From a virus, in IMG/VR virus record IMGVR_UViG_3300028581_000013: 64,000 bases of DNA; one strand, written 5' to 3'. The notes beneath the pieces were generated by a model. The model did no database searches. It had not been told where the DNA came from and was given only the letters and a program-made list of their open reading frames with translations. Every line of letters begins with the position of its first letter. The stretch's first letter is position 1. Shown here one piece after another: positions 19,643-28,283 of this stretch. A program made the position numbers and the translations under genes.

Positions 19643-19717
19643 GCACGGTTCGTCTATCGGTTAGGACATTGCCCTTTCACGGCAGTAAGAGGAGTTCGAT
19701 TCTCCTACCGTGTACCA
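19643..19717 (+). tRNA. tRNA-Glu(TTC)
   Basis: Acceptor GCACGGT/ACCGTGT, CCA; anticodon arm TTGCC-CTTTCAC-GGCAG; T arm AGGAG-TTCGATT-CTCCT. Confidence 0.93.
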
Positions 19718-19737
19718 AAAGTATTAAATAGTAAATT

Positions 19738-19869
19738 ATGAAAAAGAAAACTAGAGCACATTTCGTATTATTTTGTAGTAATACACCATTCAAACCAAAA
19801 AGAGTGGTGTCAAAGGTCGCCTTCAAGAGGCGTGTTAAACATAAATTGAAAGATTTACATTATGAATAA
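19738..19869 (+). CDS. 43-aa basic microprotein, possibly ArfA-like
   Basis: MKKKTRAHFVLFCSNTPFKPKRVVSKVAFKRRVKHKLKDLHYE fills the gap between the tRNAs and the AAA gene; not in ORF track. Confidence 0.6.
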   Translation: MKKKTRAHFVLFCSNTPFKPKRVVSKVAFKRRVKHKLKDLHYE

Positions 19870-21022
19870 AAATGCAAAGCATTTCGTTGTAGCGTGTGAA
19901 GAACGATTTGGTTCTGAAGTAATTATCACAAGAGATGGCATTACACAAGTTTGCAACGAATCAGGTGCACCATATCCATATTGGTTGGTGACCAAGGCAC
20001 AATATCGTTATGACCGTGGTCAATACAAAGTTCCACCAAGTGGTGAAAAACCTAAGGTGAAAATAAAAGAACAAGAACCTGAATTAGAAGTTGCTTATGC
20101 ACAACCTGCACAAGTGTTAGAGTTCCGCCAACCAAAATTGTTGGATGAATCTGAACCATCGGTGCCACAAAAATGGCCTGATTATGTGCCGTTTGGTTTT
20201 TTCAAAGATATGAGAAACATTATCAGTAGTAAATCATTCTATCCAATCTTTGTGACTGGTTTATCTGGCAACGGCAAGACCTTAATGGTTGAGCAAGTGT
20301 GTGCTGAATTAGGTCGTGAGTGTATTCGTGTAAATATCTCCGTTGAAACTGATGAAACTGATTTGCTTGGTGGTCCCACATTGGTCAATGGTAATGTGGT
20401 CAATCGTGATGGTCCTGTTCTTATCGCTATGAAGCGTGGCGCAGTATTGTTGATTGACGAGGTCGACCGTGGTTCTAATAAGTTGATGTGTTTGCAAGGT
20501 ATTATGGAAGGCAAACCACATTACAATAAGAAATCAGGTGAGATGGTTTATCCAAAATCTGGATTTACAATCGTTGCTACTGCCAATACCAAAGGTCGTG
20601 GTAGTGATGAAGGCAAATATCTATCACAGATTCTTGATGATGCTTTCTTAGAGAGATTCCCAATTACGGTAGAACAGGAATATCCTGATACCAAAACTGA
20701 GAAAAAGATTTTAACACCGTTGATTGAAGATAAAGAATTCGTAGAGCATTTATGCCAATGGGCTGATGTGGTTCGTAAATCGTATGATGAAGGTGCAACT
20801 GATGAAATTATCAGCACTCGCCGTTTGGTACATATTGCCAAAGCATTTTTGATTTTCAAGGATCGTATGAAAGCCATCACCTTGTGTGTGAATCGTTTTG
20901 ATGAAGAAACGAAAATGGCATTCTTAGATTTGTATAGTAAGGTGGATAGTTCGGTAGAATCACCTGCCAATACAAGTACCATTTCTACCACATCTGAGGT
21001 TGCCAACCAATCTCAGATGTAG
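19862..21022 (+). CDS. cobS: MoxR/CobS-family AAA+ ATPase
   Basis: Walker A GLSGNGKT, Walker B LLIDEVD, TANTKGRG, DAFLERF, ISTRRL. Confidence 0.9.
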   Translation: MNKNAKHFVVACEERFGSEVIITRDGITQVCNESGAPYPYWLVTKAQYRYDRGQYKVPPSGEKPKVKIKEQEPELEVAYAQPAQVLEFRQPKLLDESEPSVPQKWPDYVPFGFFKDMRNIISSKSFYPIFVTGLSGNGKTLMVEQVCAELGRECIRVNISVETDETDLLGGPTLVNGNVVNRDGPVLIAMKRGAVLLIDEVDRGSNKLMCLQGIMEGKPHYNKKSGEMVYPKSGFTIVATANTKGRGSDEGKYLSQILDDAFLERFPITVEQEYPDTKTEKKILTPLIEDKEFVEHLCQWADVVRKSYDEGATDEIISTRRLVHIAKAFLIFKDRMKAITLCVNRFDEETKMAFLDLYSKVDSSVESPANTSTISTTSEVANQSQM

Positions 21023-21028
21023 TATAAT
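21000..21028 (+). promoter_or_regulatory. sigma70 promoter inside an inverted repeat
   Basis: TTGCCA-17-TATAAT; ACATCTGAG/CTCAGATGT flank the -35. Confidence 0.7.
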
Positions 21029-21082
21029 GGTGGTGTAGCAAGTGAGAAGTTTTTATATTATTAATTTATTAGGAGTATTACA

Positions 21083-21409
21083 ATGGCATTAACAGTTCGT
21101 AAAGGTAAGGTAAACCGTCATGAGAAAATTACCCAAGTAATGTTGTCTGGCAAACCTGTGAGTCCTGCTGAGATTGAATCAGTATTCAAAGGCACCGACC
21201 AAGAGAAAGTCCTGTATCGATTGAGTACCAACATCTATAACATTCGTAAAGATGGCGGTATCGTTAAAGTAATCAAAGAAGGCCGTAAAGTAAAGGCATA
21301 TCAGTTGGTTAACTTTGACCAGTTCGATTCTAATGGTCGATTTAAAGGTGTTGTTGCTAAGGCACAACCAAAAGTAGCTGCAACTCAGCAACAGGCTGTA
21401 GCAGTTTAA
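21083..21409 (+). CDS. Putative winged-helix DNA-binding protein
   Basis: Basic; HEKITQVMLSGKPVSPAEI...RLSTNIYNIRKDG..I..K.GR..AYQL pattern. Confidence 0.55.
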   Translation: MALTVRKGKVNRHEKITQVMLSGKPVSPAEIESVFKGTDQEKVLYRLSTNIYNIRKDGGIVKVIKEGRKVKAYQLVNFDQFDSNGRFKGVVAKAQPKVAATQQQAVAV

Positions 21410-21492
21410 TCTTACGCCATCATATAGTTTTTTAGACTCGTTGTGAAACGCTCGGACTATATGGTGGCACCACTTTTATATTATGAAAAATT

Positions 21493-21654
21493 ATGACACT
21501 TGATAAAGAAGAAATGTTTGAGTATTTGAATACACTGCGTGAAACTGGTGTGACCAATATGTTTGGTGCCTCACCATATTTACAACAGGCATTTGGTATC
21601 GACCGTAAAGAAGCAAAAATCATATTATTGGAATGGATGAAAAGTTATGAGTGA
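21493..21654 (+). CDS. Small conserved phage protein
   Basis: FEYLNTLRETGVTNMFGASPYL motif; not in ORF track. Confidence 0.7.
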   Translation: MTLDKEEMFEYLNTLRETGVTNMFGASPYLQQAFGIDRKEAKIILLEWMKSYE

Positions 21655-21973
21655 CCATCATATGGCTGGTGACCAAAAAGCACCTAGTGACCGATTTGAT
21701 TTTGAACAACAAATTATCAAATGTTGGGGAATAGTTGATGACCTTAAAGAGCTCGATGAAGGTTTATTTGAGGGCTGGGTAGAACATGATAATGAATACA
21801 CAGTTTCAAATCATGTGCAGAGCCTTGCTCATGTTTATGATGTTAAATTTCAGAAATTGTGGAGTTTGTTTGAAGATGTAATGATGGCAGAAGTTCGTAA
21901 GAATAAAATGCTTGAAGAAGAATGTGCCGCATTACGTGAACAATTAATGAAAAAAGAAAAAGGTAAAAAGTGA
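21647..21973 (+). CDS. Hypothetical protein
   Basis: DRFDFEQQIIKCW; in operon. Confidence 0.65.
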   Translation: MSDHHMAGDQKAPSDRFDFEQQIIKCWGIVDDLKELDEGLFEGWVEHDNEYTVSNHVQSLAHVYDVKFQKLWSLFEDVMMAEVRKNKMLEEECAALREQLMKKEKGKK

Positions 21974-22188
21974 AATATATTGCAAAACCAAATTTAATGA
22001 ATAATGTAGGTCTCAAAGAGTTCAATAATCCAATTGATGCTTTGACCTACCTAAACGAGATCCTAGGCGCCAAGGCAGGCGACCATCAGGACTATGTGTT
22101 CATACCACCATCGACCTCCAAGCGGAACCTAAAGAAGTCCATTGAAGAATATGTTGGTATTGGTAAGTTGGAATTGAGACCTGAATAG

Positions 22189-22239
22189 TGTTGTACCGAT
22201 ACAACAAACGCTTGTATTATTCCGTGGTTGTGTTATAAT
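22189..22239 (+). promoter_or_regulatory. Palindrome operator plus sigma70 promoter (copy 6)
   Basis: TGTTGTACCGATACAACA 22189-22206; TTGTAT-16-TATAAT. Confidence 0.8.
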
Positions 22240-22573
22240 GGTATCTAAAGTGAGAAAGGAATCTATATGATTAATTTTATTATTGGTTGTGTTTTAGGCT
22301 TTGTTGTTGCTACTGTAGGTTTTACTGGTATTGCTCAAGCATTAGATACTGGTATTGATAAAGTAAAATCAATTAATGTTGATATGGATAAATGATGGAC
22401 AAAAAGTATGTTTACTACAAACCATTAAATGTGAATAATTTAAAACAAGTTGCTATTGCAATGCATTTAAATTACCTACATACAATTCAATTGAACATGA
22501 TTGATGAAGCGGTAGAGAAGTCTGATATGCAAGAAGCAAAAGATGTTATTAGTTATATTATGGAGAAATCTAA

Positions 22574-22810
22574 ATGAAAAAAGTTGTATTAGTAGTTCTT
22601 GTTAGTGTTGGTATTGTTGGTTGTTCTTCAACACCATCATACAAACTAAAAGGTTATACAGGTCCAGAAGCCATGGAACGCAACGAGGTCGTGCAAGCAT
22701 CTAAACAATGTATCTACGCCAAACTGCGTCCTAATGTCGAATTTGTGACCGCCAAAACCAATAGCGGTAAAGTTCTGGTGCCTGTTAATGTCCATTGCCA
22801 ACCTTATTAA
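22574..22810 (+). CDS. Putative lipoprotein
   Basis: MKK, hydrophobic stretch, IVGC lipobox. Confidence 0.7.
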   Translation: MKKVVLVVLVSVGIVGCSSTPSYKLKGYTGPEAMERNEVVQASKQCIYAKLRPNVEFVTAKTNSGKVLVPVNVHCQPY

Positions 22811-22823
22811 TCATTGATATATT

Positions 22824-23156
22824 ATGACTATATTTGAAACTCTTAATTCGTTTGGTATTACACCGATTCATTTGCAGTTAGGTATTTTAGCTCTTGTTGT
22901 GGTGTTTTTGGTTGCAGTTTATTGGAAATTAATTGTGATTGGTGTAGGCATGATTTTCTGTGTGGTTGTATTTGCTATGCCACATAAATTGGACATTGGC
23001 AATCAATCAACAGAATCGATACTTAATAAAGTACCGCCTGCACCTGCAGAATACATTCAAGATTGTATTCGGTATACTGGTCACACTGCAGACCATTGCA
23101 GAAAACTATGGACTGCTGAGAGAAGTGAAACAGAAGAATTGAAAGAATTAAACTAA
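22824..23156 (+). CDS. Membrane protein
   Basis: Two hydrophobic segments. Confidence 0.65.
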   Translation: MTIFETLNSFGITPIHLQLGILALVVVFLVAVYWKLIVIGVGMIFCVVVFAMPHKLDIGNQSTESILNKVPPAPAEYIQDCIRYTGHTADHCRKLWTAERSETEELKELN

Positions 23157-23376
23157 TGGATGATTCTCAATTAGAATTATTATCGAAAGATATTGATAAT
23201 GCATTGGTACAATGGCTTAATACATATAAGACAACACCGTTAAATGTGTGTGGTGTGGTATTAGCAAGACTCTTATGGCTGTCTAAATTATCAGACAGTC
23301 AGGAAGATTTTATAAAACTATTGGATGCACCTAAAGAAGTTCTTGAACAAGAAAAAGAAAGTAAACAATTGCATTA

Positions 23377-24252
23377 ATGAAAATAGCATTAGCGTCAGAT
23401 ATTCACTTAGAATTCGGTGACCTCATTTTAAAGAATGAGGAGAATGCTGACGTTTTAATTTTGAGTGGTGACATCTGTACCGCCAGCCAATTTAAGAATA
23501 AGCCAAAAGAAAGAATGAAGGTTAAAGATTTCTTTAAACGTTGTTCGTTTCAATTTCCTCATGTTGTGTATATCATGGGTAATCACGAGCATTATAATTT
23601 TGATACTGTTGATACCTATAATAGATTAAAGGCTGAGTTGGCCGATTTACCAAACATTCATGTCTTAGAAAAAGAAACATGGGAACATAATGGTGCGACC
23701 TTTGTTGCTGGTACATTATGGACTGATATGAACAAAGGTGATCCATTGACTTTATGGCATTGCAGCAAAGGTATGAGTGATTTTCAAGTAATTAAAAATA
23801 GTAATCGTATGGTTCAACATAAGAGAAATGTTTACCATGAGAGTGATCGAAACGAGGATGGCACACTAGTTGTTAAAACTGTGGATCATTATCAGTCGCC
23901 TTCAAAGTGGTCACCAGAAGATTCTGTGGAAGACCATAAGAAAATGATGGACTACATAAAGATTGCTACTGAGAATAAAACAAAACAGTATGTTGTGGTA
24001 ACACATCATGCACCATCACCAATTAGTATTGCTGAGTGTTATCGTTTTGATACATTAATGAATGGTGCGTTTGCTTCTGATTTGTCGGAGTTTATATTGA
24101 ATCGGCCACAAATCAAAATATGGACTCATGGTCATATGCACAATGTATCCGATTATATGATTGGTGACACTAGAGTGGTTTGTAATCCTCGTGGTTATAT
24201 TGGTCATGAGCAAAGAGCAAAAGAATTTAAATTGAAATATTTGGAGGTTTAA
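23377..24252 (+). CDS. Calcineurin-like metallophosphoesterase
   Basis: SDIHLE, GDI, GNHEHY, THHAP, HGHMH, NPRGY. Confidence 0.92.
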   Translation: MKIALASDIHLEFGDLILKNEENADVLILSGDICTASQFKNKPKERMKVKDFFKRCSFQFPHVVYIMGNHEHYNFDTVDTYNRLKAELADLPNIHVLEKETWEHNGATFVAGTLWTDMNKGDPLTLWHCSKGMSDFQVIKNSNRMVQHKRNVYHESDRNEDGTLVVKTVDHYQSPSKWSPEDSVEDHKKMMDYIKIATENKTKQYVVVTHHAPSPISIAECYRFDTLMNGAFASDLSEFILNRPQIKIWTHGHMHNVSDYMIGDTRVVCNPRGYIGHEQRAKEFKLKYLEV

Positions 24253-24585
24253 ATGGGAATGTTTGATTACATACATTATGAAGGACAGGAGTATCAGACA
24301 AAAGATACTCCTGCTCAGGCGTGTGATAACTATAAGATTGAGAATAATATTCTTTGGTATGAAAACTATGATGCCGAATGGATAGATGATAGTGATGGTA
24401 TTTTAGGTGGTTATCTAAGAAAGTTCAATGAACGATGGGATATGTGTGATAAGTTTGATGGACTGGTCCGATTCTATCGTGAAGATGAAGATAATGGTGG
24501 TTATAAAGCTGATAAATGGATAGAATACAAAGCTCTATTCATGAATGGTCAAATGATTAAGATTGAGAAAAAAGAAAATGAGTGA
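24253..24585 (+). CDS. Conserved phage hypothetical protein
   Basis: MGMFDYI...YQTKD...WIEYKALF. Confidence 0.7.
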   Translation: MGMFDYIHYEGQEYQTKDTPAQACDNYKIENNILWYENYDAEWIDDSDGILGGYLRKFNERWDMCDKFDGLVRFYREDEDNGGYKADKWIEYKALFMNGQMIKIEKKENE

Positions 24586-24910
24586 TTATACACCTGATAG
24601 ATGGCTTGTTGTGAAGATTACAACGGACAAAGAATCATTATATAAAGTATTTGCCTGCTGGTATGGCGGACTTGGTGGTTCTGACTCGTGGCAATTCAAT
24701 AGCGGTATTGTTAAAGTTGAATTCGTAGATAATTATTACGAATTTCATGGTTACTCCGGATCGGTGTATCGGTGTCATAAGAATTGCTATGGTACCAACG
24801 GTTATGGTGGCAGCGTATTGGCCAATTTCATTGATAAGGCTGAATACAAAATTGAAATAATGCCTGAGAATACAAATTGGAAGGAATTAAATTATGCCTG
24901 TGAGGTATAG
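24563..24910 (+). CDS. Conserved phage hypothetical protein
   Basis: YTPDRW, YKVFACW.GG..GSDSW..NSGI, GYSGSVY.C. Confidence 0.7.
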   Translation: MRKKKMSDYTPDRWLVVKITTDKESLYKVFACWYGGLGGSDSWQFNSGIVKVEFVDNYYEFHGYSGSVYRCHKNCYGTNGYGGSVLANFIDKAEYKIEIMPENTNWKELNYACEV

Positions 24911-25268
24911 TACCAACTGGATGGGTGTGGCCAGTCTACAATGGTATAGAGACCGTGGACTCACCGAAAGAGTGAGTAGAACATTAACCGAAGATTCACA
25001 ATTAACTGGCCGAAAAGCTGGTGATGTATTTGAATATGACAATATTACACAAGAATATTCCTGTGGCCGTATTGATTGCCGTGGTGAAGATTTAGGTCAA
25101 TTTGGTGATGAGATTGGTGTACCGCCAATGAAGGCAGAAGATTGGCACCGATTTGGTAAATGGTTGAACACATTTGAAACTGATTTTATGTGGAATTTAA
25201 AAGATTTGGTTGAATTGTATGAAAGAAATAATCCCAAAATAACTTGGGCTGAAGGATATGATGATTGA
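24894..25268 (+). CDS. Hypothetical protein
   Basis: ORF in operon. Confidence 0.6.
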   Translation: MPVRYSTNWMGVASLQWYRDRGLTERVSRTLTEDSQLTGRKAGDVFEYDNITQEYSCGRIDCRGEDLGQFGDEIGVPPMKAEDWHRFGKWLNTFETDFMWNLKDLVELYERNNPKITWAEGYDD

Positions 25269-26106
25269 TTCAAAAAGAATATTGGTGACCGGCAGTTCTG
25301 GTTATATCGGCCAGCACCTTGTAAAGCTCCTCATGAAGGAAGGATACGAAGTGTTTGGTACTGATATCAAACCATGTTTGAATGATTATTTGTTACCCAA
25401 ACAGTTTCTTCAATATGATATTACAAATGATTATCAATTATGTTATTCTGATGAGTTTGATACCGTGGTTCATTTGGCCGCATTGGTCAAAGTAAATGAA
25501 TCAGTATTAAAACCATATGAGTATTATGATACCAATATTAATGGTACACATAATGTATTAACGAACTTGAATTACAAGAATTTTGTGTTTGCATCGACAG
25601 GCACAGCCGCTAATCCCATCAACCCATATGCCTTGAGTAAGAGATGTGCTGAGGATATAGTAGAAAGATATTGCATTGAAAATACAAAAACTTTCACTTC
25701 ATTCAGATTTTATAATGTGATTGGGTCTGATGGGATTTCACCCACCAATATGGATGGGTTGATGTATAACTTATTGAAGGCAAGAGAAACAGGAGTATTT
25801 CATTTATATGGTGGTGATTACAATACACCAGATGGCACACCTGTTAGAGATTATGTTCATGTGAATGAAATATGCCATTCTATTCAAAAGGCAATTGAAA
25901 CGCCTGCCAATTCATTAGAAAATCTAGGCCATGGTAAAGGCCACACTGTTAGAGAAATGGTAGACACCTTTAAACTGGTAAACAACTGCGATTTTCAAGT
26001 AAACTATTGCCAAAGACGCTCGGGTGATTTAGAATATAGTGTATTGGATAATCCTTCTACATATATGGAATCCGTTTATACATTATCACAACTATTGAAG
26101 GTATAA
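25258..26106 (+). CDS. NAD-dependent epimerase/dehydratase (GalE-like)
   Basis: GSSGYIG, HLAA, YALSK (YxxxK), RFYNVIG, DGTPVRDYVHV. Confidence 0.9.
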   Translation: MMIDSKRILVTGSSGYIGQHLVKLLMKEGYEVFGTDIKPCLNDYLLPKQFLQYDITNDYQLCYSDEFDTVVHLAALVKVNESVLKPYEYYDTNINGTHNVLTNLNYKNFVFASTGTAANPINPYALSKRCAEDIVERYCIENTKTFTSFRFYNVIGSDGISPTNMDGLMYNLLKARETGVFHLYGGDYNTPDGTPVRDYVHVNEICHSIQKAIETPANSLENLGHGKGHTVREMVDTFKLVNNCDFQVNYCQRRSGDLEYSVLDNPSTYMESVYTLSQLLKV

Positions 26107-26110
26107 TATT

Positions 26111-26791
26111 ATGAAAGTTTATTTAAGTGGTTATCGTAGCCATTGGATTTCTCCACATACTGTTTTTGAGTATATCTTTTTCTGGACAGACTGGAGTAAA
26201 TGTGGTCGTAGTAAAGGTGTAATTGCCGATGAGGATTATGTGGATCATCCTGTATGGGTTGAGAAATACACAAAGTATGTTAGACCCATTTGTGAGGCCA
26301 TTCGTGTTGTGCTCGACTTTATTCACCCACCAATCAAGTATGTGAAGATTGATAGATATGATACATGGTCAATGGATTATACCTTGTCTTATATCATTCT
26401 ACCAATGTTGAAACAATTGAAAGAAGAAACTCACGGTTCACCATGGATTGATGATGAAGATGTGCCTACTGAGTTGCGTAGTTCAAAAAGAAAAACAAAA
26501 TCAAAACGTCATTCTAATCCTGATATTCAAATGTTGGATATGGACGAGGATGATTTAATTCATAAACGCTGGGCATGGGTGCTTGATGAAATGATTTGGG
26601 CATTTGAACAGAAAGTTGCTGATGATCCTGAATTGAAATTCTTTGATTACACCGAATGTGGTGATAAATTACCTTGGGACGAAAATTATACTGGACCAAA
26701 GGTTGATTGGGATGGACTAAATGCACACAATGAACGAAAGCGTAATGCATTTAGATTGTTTGGTAAGTATTATGAAAACTTATGGGACTAA
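26111..26791 (+). CDS. Conserved phage hypothetical protein
   Basis: DTWSMD.TL..IILPMLKQLK, WVLDEMIWAF, LFGKYY..LWD. Confidence 0.75.
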   Translation: MKVYLSGYRSHWISPHTVFEYIFFWTDWSKCGRSKGVIADEDYVDHPVWVEKYTKYVRPICEAIRVVLDFIHPPIKYVKIDRYDTWSMDYTLSYIILPMLKQLKEETHGSPWIDDEDVPTELRSSKRKTKSKRHSNPDIQMLDMDEDDLIHKRWAWVLDEMIWAFEQKVADDPELKFFDYTECGDKLPWDENYTGPKVDWDGLNAHNERKRNAFRLFGKYYENLWD

Positions 26792-26963
26792 AATGTTATC
26801 TTACTATCATTATTGGCAGGCTTTGAAACGATTAGAATCATCACAGAAAACAATTGAAATGATGGAACCAGATGTACCAAATATGGTTCAAGCACAGCAT
26901 GAGATGATTGAAAGAGAAGTGGAATATTACCAAGAAGAATCTAACAAGTTTACCTCAATTGTA

Positions 26964-26992
26964 TTGACTTTAATTGTGTTTTTTAGTATAAT
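26964..26992 (+). promoter_or_regulatory. sigma70 promoter
   Basis: TTGACT-17-TATAAT. Confidence 0.7.
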
Positions 26993-27021
26993 GTTAGTAT
27001 TATACACTCAAGGAATGTTTC

Positions 27022-27288
27022 ATGTTTAAAAAAATTAATGAATGGTTACAAGCAAATAAAACTTTGTTTTTTGTGGCAGTTGTTGTATTTGGTTTAACAT
27101 TTTATTACACTCCGTATTTTATGAATACTCCTGTCAATGGTAACTTTGATGGTGGTATTCAAAACAAATTGGTTTGGTCCGTTAAAGGAGAATGTTTTTT
27201 TGTTCGACCATTAAACCAAACCGATACATTGTTGGTTCGTGTTAAAGATTGTGATAAAGGTGAAGTAATTCAAAAGGTAGGTAAATGA
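27022..27288 (+). CDS. Membrane-anchored hypothetical protein
   Basis: N-terminal transmembrane segment; AAGGA RBS. Confidence 0.6.
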   Translation: MFKKINEWLQANKTLFFVAVVVFGLTFYYTPYFMNTPVNGNFDGGIQNKLVWSVKGECFFVRPLNQTDTLLVRVKDCDKGEVIQKVGK

Positions 27289-27454
27289 AAACAAACGGTG
27301 ATTTTAAATTAAGTAAAGAAACAAAACGTATGCTTGCTCTAATGCCATGTGATAAACGAGGCCATTGGAAAAACATGATGATTGAAGCAGAAGTTTTGGA
27401 AAAGCGTGCCAGATTGGCCAAACTGAAAGAAAATAAATCTGAAAAAGGAGAAGT

Positions 27455-27715
27455 ATGATGGCTTTATTCGTTGAAGTGGACTCAGTAGAAAAAGATTGTA
27501 AAGTGATTGTTAATTTGGACGGTGTTGGCGAAATTGCACCACTAACCAGTGGTGGTTGTGCATTGTTTATGCTTCAAGGTGGTACAATGAAAGTCAAAAA
27601 TAGTTTTGATGATTTCAAACAATTCGCAATGCAAACAGTATCGAGTGAAGATATTGCAAAACGTGTTAAAGCACTTAAAGGCGGAGCCAGACCATTGGAG
27701 ATTCCAACACTATGA
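27455..27715 (+). CDS. Hypothetical protein
   Basis: AAGGAG RBS. Confidence 0.65.
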   Translation: MMALFVEVDSVEKDCKVIVNLDGVGEIAPLTSGGCALFMLQGGTMKVKNSFDDFKQFAMQTVSSEDIAKRVKALKGGARPLEIPTL

Positions 27716-27999
27716 GTAAGTTTACATTTATCTGTGAAGATGATCCAATGCCATTTGCTGATGCCATTGTCACCAAAAAAACGTTTGAGTTTAATGCTGA
27801 CCATTTAGATGGTGTCATTAGTGAGTTTGAAACTTTTTTAAAGGGTTGTGGATATCACATCGATGGTAATTTAGAAATTGTAGAAGAATCAAAATCTCTC
27901 GGTCAAATTTATTCAAAAGATGGACACAAAGATGATTTGGATGATTTGGATTCCATTTTCTCTGGCAGAAAAAGTTTAATTCGATCTGATGATTGTTGA
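27712..27999 (+). CDS. Hypothetical protein
   Basis: FETFLKGCGY motif; ATGA-coupled. Confidence 0.65.
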   Translation: MSKFTFICEDDPMPFADAIVTKKTFEFNADHLDGVISEFETFLKGCGYHIDGNLEIVEESKSLGQIYSKDGHKDDLDDLDSIFSGRKSLIRSDDC

Positions 28000-28283
28000 T
28001 GAACGATTTATTTTATAATTTGTTTGATTGGATTCGTGATGATTGGAAATCAAATAAGTTCCGTTTTATCGTGGAATTATTGGCATGGGCAATATCTATT
28101 GGTTGTTCTGTTACAATGGCTCTCACCGTTCCTAACCCACCGTTACTCATATTATATCCAATTTGGATTCTCGGTTGTGCTATGTATGGTTGGGCTGCTT
28201 ATACTCGCAAATCTTTTGGTATGGTCGCTAATTACGTTTTACTTACTACTATTGATACAATTGGCCTAATGAGAATGTTATGA
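27993..28283 (+). CDS. Small multi-pass membrane protein
   Basis: Three hydrophobic segments. Confidence 0.7.
   Translation: MLMNDLFYNLFDWIRDDWKSNKFRFIVELLAWAISIGCSVTMALTVPNPPLLILYPIWILGCAMYGWAAYTRKSFGMVANYVLLTTIDTIGLMRML

Noticed and set aside
19525-19731. 68-aa ORF in the track
   Set aside because: It overlaps a promoter and both tRNA genes, so it is spurious.
5307-22206. Palindromes as CRISPR repeats, integron attC sites or PpsR (TGT-N12-ACA) sites
   Set aside because: They are kilobases apart with no spacers or integrase and always precede a -35 box. The PpsR match covers only the outer triplets and there is no photosynthesis context.
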